Assembly: GCA_964598355.1 (NCBI GenBank)
Contig: CAZRBN010000002.1
Span: forward strand, 1 to 46,611
DNA: 46,611 nucleotides
From: an uncultured Gammaproteobacteria bacterium
Lineage (GTDB): Bacteria; Patescibacteriota; Microgenomatia; Levybacterales; UBA12049
Direction of reading: 5' to 3'
Positions 45,042 to 46,611 of the stretch are shown here, in pieces. Each line of letters starts with the position of its first letter. Within the stretch, counting starts at the first letter, position 1. Below the pieces are notes generated by a model that did not search any database, had not been told where the DNA came from, and saw nothing but the letters and a program-made list of their open reading frames with translations. A program made the position numbers and the translations under genes.

Positions 45042-45120
45042 AGGACAGTGTTAACGGGGAAGCGTTAATTGTTAAGGATTTGTTGACAGTTAACGATTGA
45101 CGCTTTTACCCTTTTTTAAT

Positions 45121-45549
45121 TTACGATTTTTCTTTATCTGGAACTGGCGTGACTGCTTGCACAGGGGGAGCACCGAAGGTATCTCCTTTAAGGAGTTGTT
45201 TTGCTTTTTCACGTAGATCCTGGGGAGCTACTTGATACTTTAATATATAGTCTGATGCACCAATCTTCATTGCATTTTGTACCAGAGTATCCTGATTGAA
45301 ATTTGAGAGGATAGCAACAGGAATACCTTTGGTCTCTGAATCTGCTTTGAGTTGCTCAAGGAGTTGATTGCCATTCATGTCTGGCAAGACTTGGTCAAGA
45401 AAAATACCATCAGGATGCTCTTTTTTCGCTTTTTCTAGACCCTCGCTACCCGTAAGAGCTGTAATCACTTGGAAATCTGGGTCTTGCTCAAGAGCTTGTT
45501 TAAAAACCTCTGAAATTGCTTCCTCATCATCTATAAGTAAAATCTTCAT
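45121..45549 (-). CDS. single-domain response regulator (CheY-like receiver, no output domain)
   Basis: MKILLIDDEE acidic pocket, phospho-acceptor context IFLDQVLPDMNG, and conserved T/S and K (AILSN; YILK). The 142-aa protein ends in a short Pro-rich tail. Confidence 0.9.
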   Translation of the reverse strand: MKILLIDDEEAISEVFKQALEQDPDFQVITALTGSEGLEKAKKEHPDGIFLDQVLPDMNGNQLLEQLKADSETKGIPVAILSNFNQDTLVQNAMKIGASDYILKYQVAPQDLREKAKQLLKGDTFGAPPVQAVTPVPDKEKS

Positions 45550-45688
45550 AGTAATAATATTTCAGCTATTAGCTTCTAACAGAGAGCTGAAACCTAGTAA
45601 CTAGTTACTCATTAAATCATGACAGGAATACTTACAGTGTGTCAAGAGGGGAGAGGGATTTATTGTAAGGCTATTCTTGTTCCTTCTT

Positions 45689-46024
45689 TTAATTTTTTTG
45701 TGCTTTTTTTTGATCTTCAACTATATGGTCCTTAATTCGACTTTCTTCAGGTCTATTTCTTCTTAATTCAGGCTGTCCCCCGAAGTTATGGGTGTCAAAA
45801 ACAAGAACTTGCTCAGTGTCTCCCCAATATCCACTCTGAAAGCGTGCGTCACCTGGGACATTTCTCGTGCAATCTCCATCTAGACCGACTATAAGTATTC
45901 GTCTTTCCGTAACATCAGGAGCTTCAGGAAAAGGTCCTGAAAGCATTCTTTCATCTCTCACGTGATTTATATGTCTAGGAACACCACACGTATAACCAAT
46001 TTTTACTCTTCGTTCGACTACCAT
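45689..46024 (-). CDS. hypothetical protein
   Basis: 111-aa ORF with a plausible globular composition and no recognisable motif. Confidence 0.5.
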   Translation of the reverse strand: MVVERRVKIGYTCGVPRHINHVRDERMLSGPFPEAPDVTERRILIVGLDGDCTRNVPGDARFQSGYWGDTEQVLVFDTHNFGGQPELRRNRPEESRIKDHIVEDQKKAQKN

Positions 46025-46118
46025 AGGGTAATTAGATCATTTCTTGTGCTCAAGTATTATCATTTTCTTATTAAAATGAATTTGCTTGACAAAAATCAGA
46101 CAATTAGCATTTTGCCTC

Positions 46119-46147
46119 TTGACAAGGATGGTGACTCATAGTATAAA
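46119..46147 (+). promoter_or_regulatory. sigma70-like promoter
   Basis: TTGACA (46119-46124), 17-nt spacer, TATAAA(T) (46142-46147). Confidence 0.55.
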
Positions 46148-46153
46148 TATCCT

Positions 46154-46231
46154 TATAATTAAAGCGGAAAGGCTTGAATAAGTCCGTCGCTTCAGGGCCT
46201 CAGTAAGGAGGCCTGAAGGGGCGGATTTTTT
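46154..46231 (+). ncRNA. candidate ~78-nt small RNA defined by promoter plus intrinsic terminator
   Basis: The predicted start ~46154 lies 7 nt after the -10. The terminator ends at 46231. There is no ORF with a start codon in between. The family is unknown. Confidence 0.3.
46183..46231 (+). terminator. strong intrinsic terminator
   Basis: A ~17-bp interrupted stem (TCCGTCGCTTCAGGGCCTC / GAGGCCTGAAGGGGCGGA, with one bulged G and one mismatch) and a 6-nt loop, followed by TTTTTT (46226-46231). Confidence 0.7.
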
Positions 46232-46567
46232 GTGCGCTACATGTACAAATGATTTACATAGATTAAGAGTGGATTTACACTGATACGTATTCTCGTCTTT
46301 GTGAGCGAATTGAAACAAGCTATTTGGATGAAATATCCAAACCTGCGATGTCGAATATAAGAAAAGCATAAAGAGTACCTTATTAAATGAGTTTGTGATT
46401 ACTTGTTTTTCAGGTATAATAAGGGAGCGAATATGAATACAATAGATATTGTGATAGAAGGGTAAAGCGTTAACAAAAAAAATATTTTTCGAGCGTCATC
46501 CAGAGATGATGGACTTCTGGCATACGCATAGCGAGTTAAGAAGTTCTTTAGCTAACTCTTATATCTT

Positions 46568-46611
46568 ATGAAAGAAGATGTGATTCAAAAATTAGAAGAG
46601 GTTGTGAAGCA
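46568..46611 (+). CDS. 5' end of an unidentified CDS running off the window (MKEDVIQKLEEVVK...)
   Basis: An ATG with an open frame to the window edge. Only 14 codons are visible and there is no Shine-Dalgarno sequence. Confidence 0.3.
   Translation, partial: MKEDVIQKLEEVVK

Noticed and set aside
46164-46190. GCGGAAAGG...AAGTCCG, reminiscent of the RNase P RNA P4 motif GAGGAAAGUCCGG.
   Set aside because: The motif is split by an 8-nt insertion. None of the other conserved RNase P regions (ACAGAA, GGUAA-type) occur in the following 400 nt. The segment is better explained as the 5' part of a short terminator-capped transcript.
46433-46465. A ten-codon mini-ORF (MNTIDIVIEG) preceded by AAGGGAG at good spacing. 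This could be an Ile/Val-rich leader peptide.
   Set aside because: It is too short to support. The adjacent TATAAT (46415-46420) would place the start site within the putative ribosome-binding site. No alternative terminator/antiterminator structures are evident downstream.

Overview
This is a 46.6-kb AT-rich bacterial chromosomal window. All long ORFs read through with the standard genetic code. I support 24 intact CDS, one partial CDS, two tandem tRNA-Ala genes and two decayed competence genes. The housekeeping anchors are rho (8055-9401), leuS (37509-40079) and tRNA-Ala(CGC)/tRNA-Ala(GGC) (10729-10955). Nearly everything else concerns the cell envelope or surface:
- a GT2 / GT-C-like / GT2 glycosylation operon (658-5961);
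- an LPXTG-anchored DUF11 protein;
- a LysM-M23 peptidase;
- an O-antigen-ligase-like/TPR membrane protein;
- two paralogous membrane-anchored glycosidase-dockerin genes that share a promoter, N-terminus and C-terminus cassette;
- a pentapeptide-repeat exoprotein;
- a three-gene surface-protein operon;
- a two-component operon.

The dominant feature is one 13.8-kb ORF (18554-32347, 4,597 aa). Its product has two cytoplasmic recombinase core-binding domains, one TM helix and a ~4,180-aa ectodomain made of fibre modules, a blade-like region with a LamG insert, and a phage Peptidase_G2-like auto-cleavage segment.

The leads I rate highest:
1. the giant ORF and its recombinase-type N-terminal head;
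2. a (AATTTCC)4 heptanucleotide repeat upstream of the TM helix, where gain or loss of one unit gives an immediate TAA stop (candidate phase switch);
3. an over-represented 10-mer AAGCGTTAAC, often in perfect inverted pairs;
4. cassette-like glycosidase-dockerin paralogues with near-leaderless promoters;
5. decayed comEA/comEC;
6. a 155-bp MITE-like inverted-repeat element;
7. a promoter-to-terminator unit predicting a ~78-nt small RNA.

The gene style (giant surface ORF, few Shine-Dalgarno sites, tight packing) suggests an uncultivated small-genome lineage such as Patescibacteria/CPR. That is inference only. I found no CRISPR array, rRNA, transposase or reverse transcriptase.
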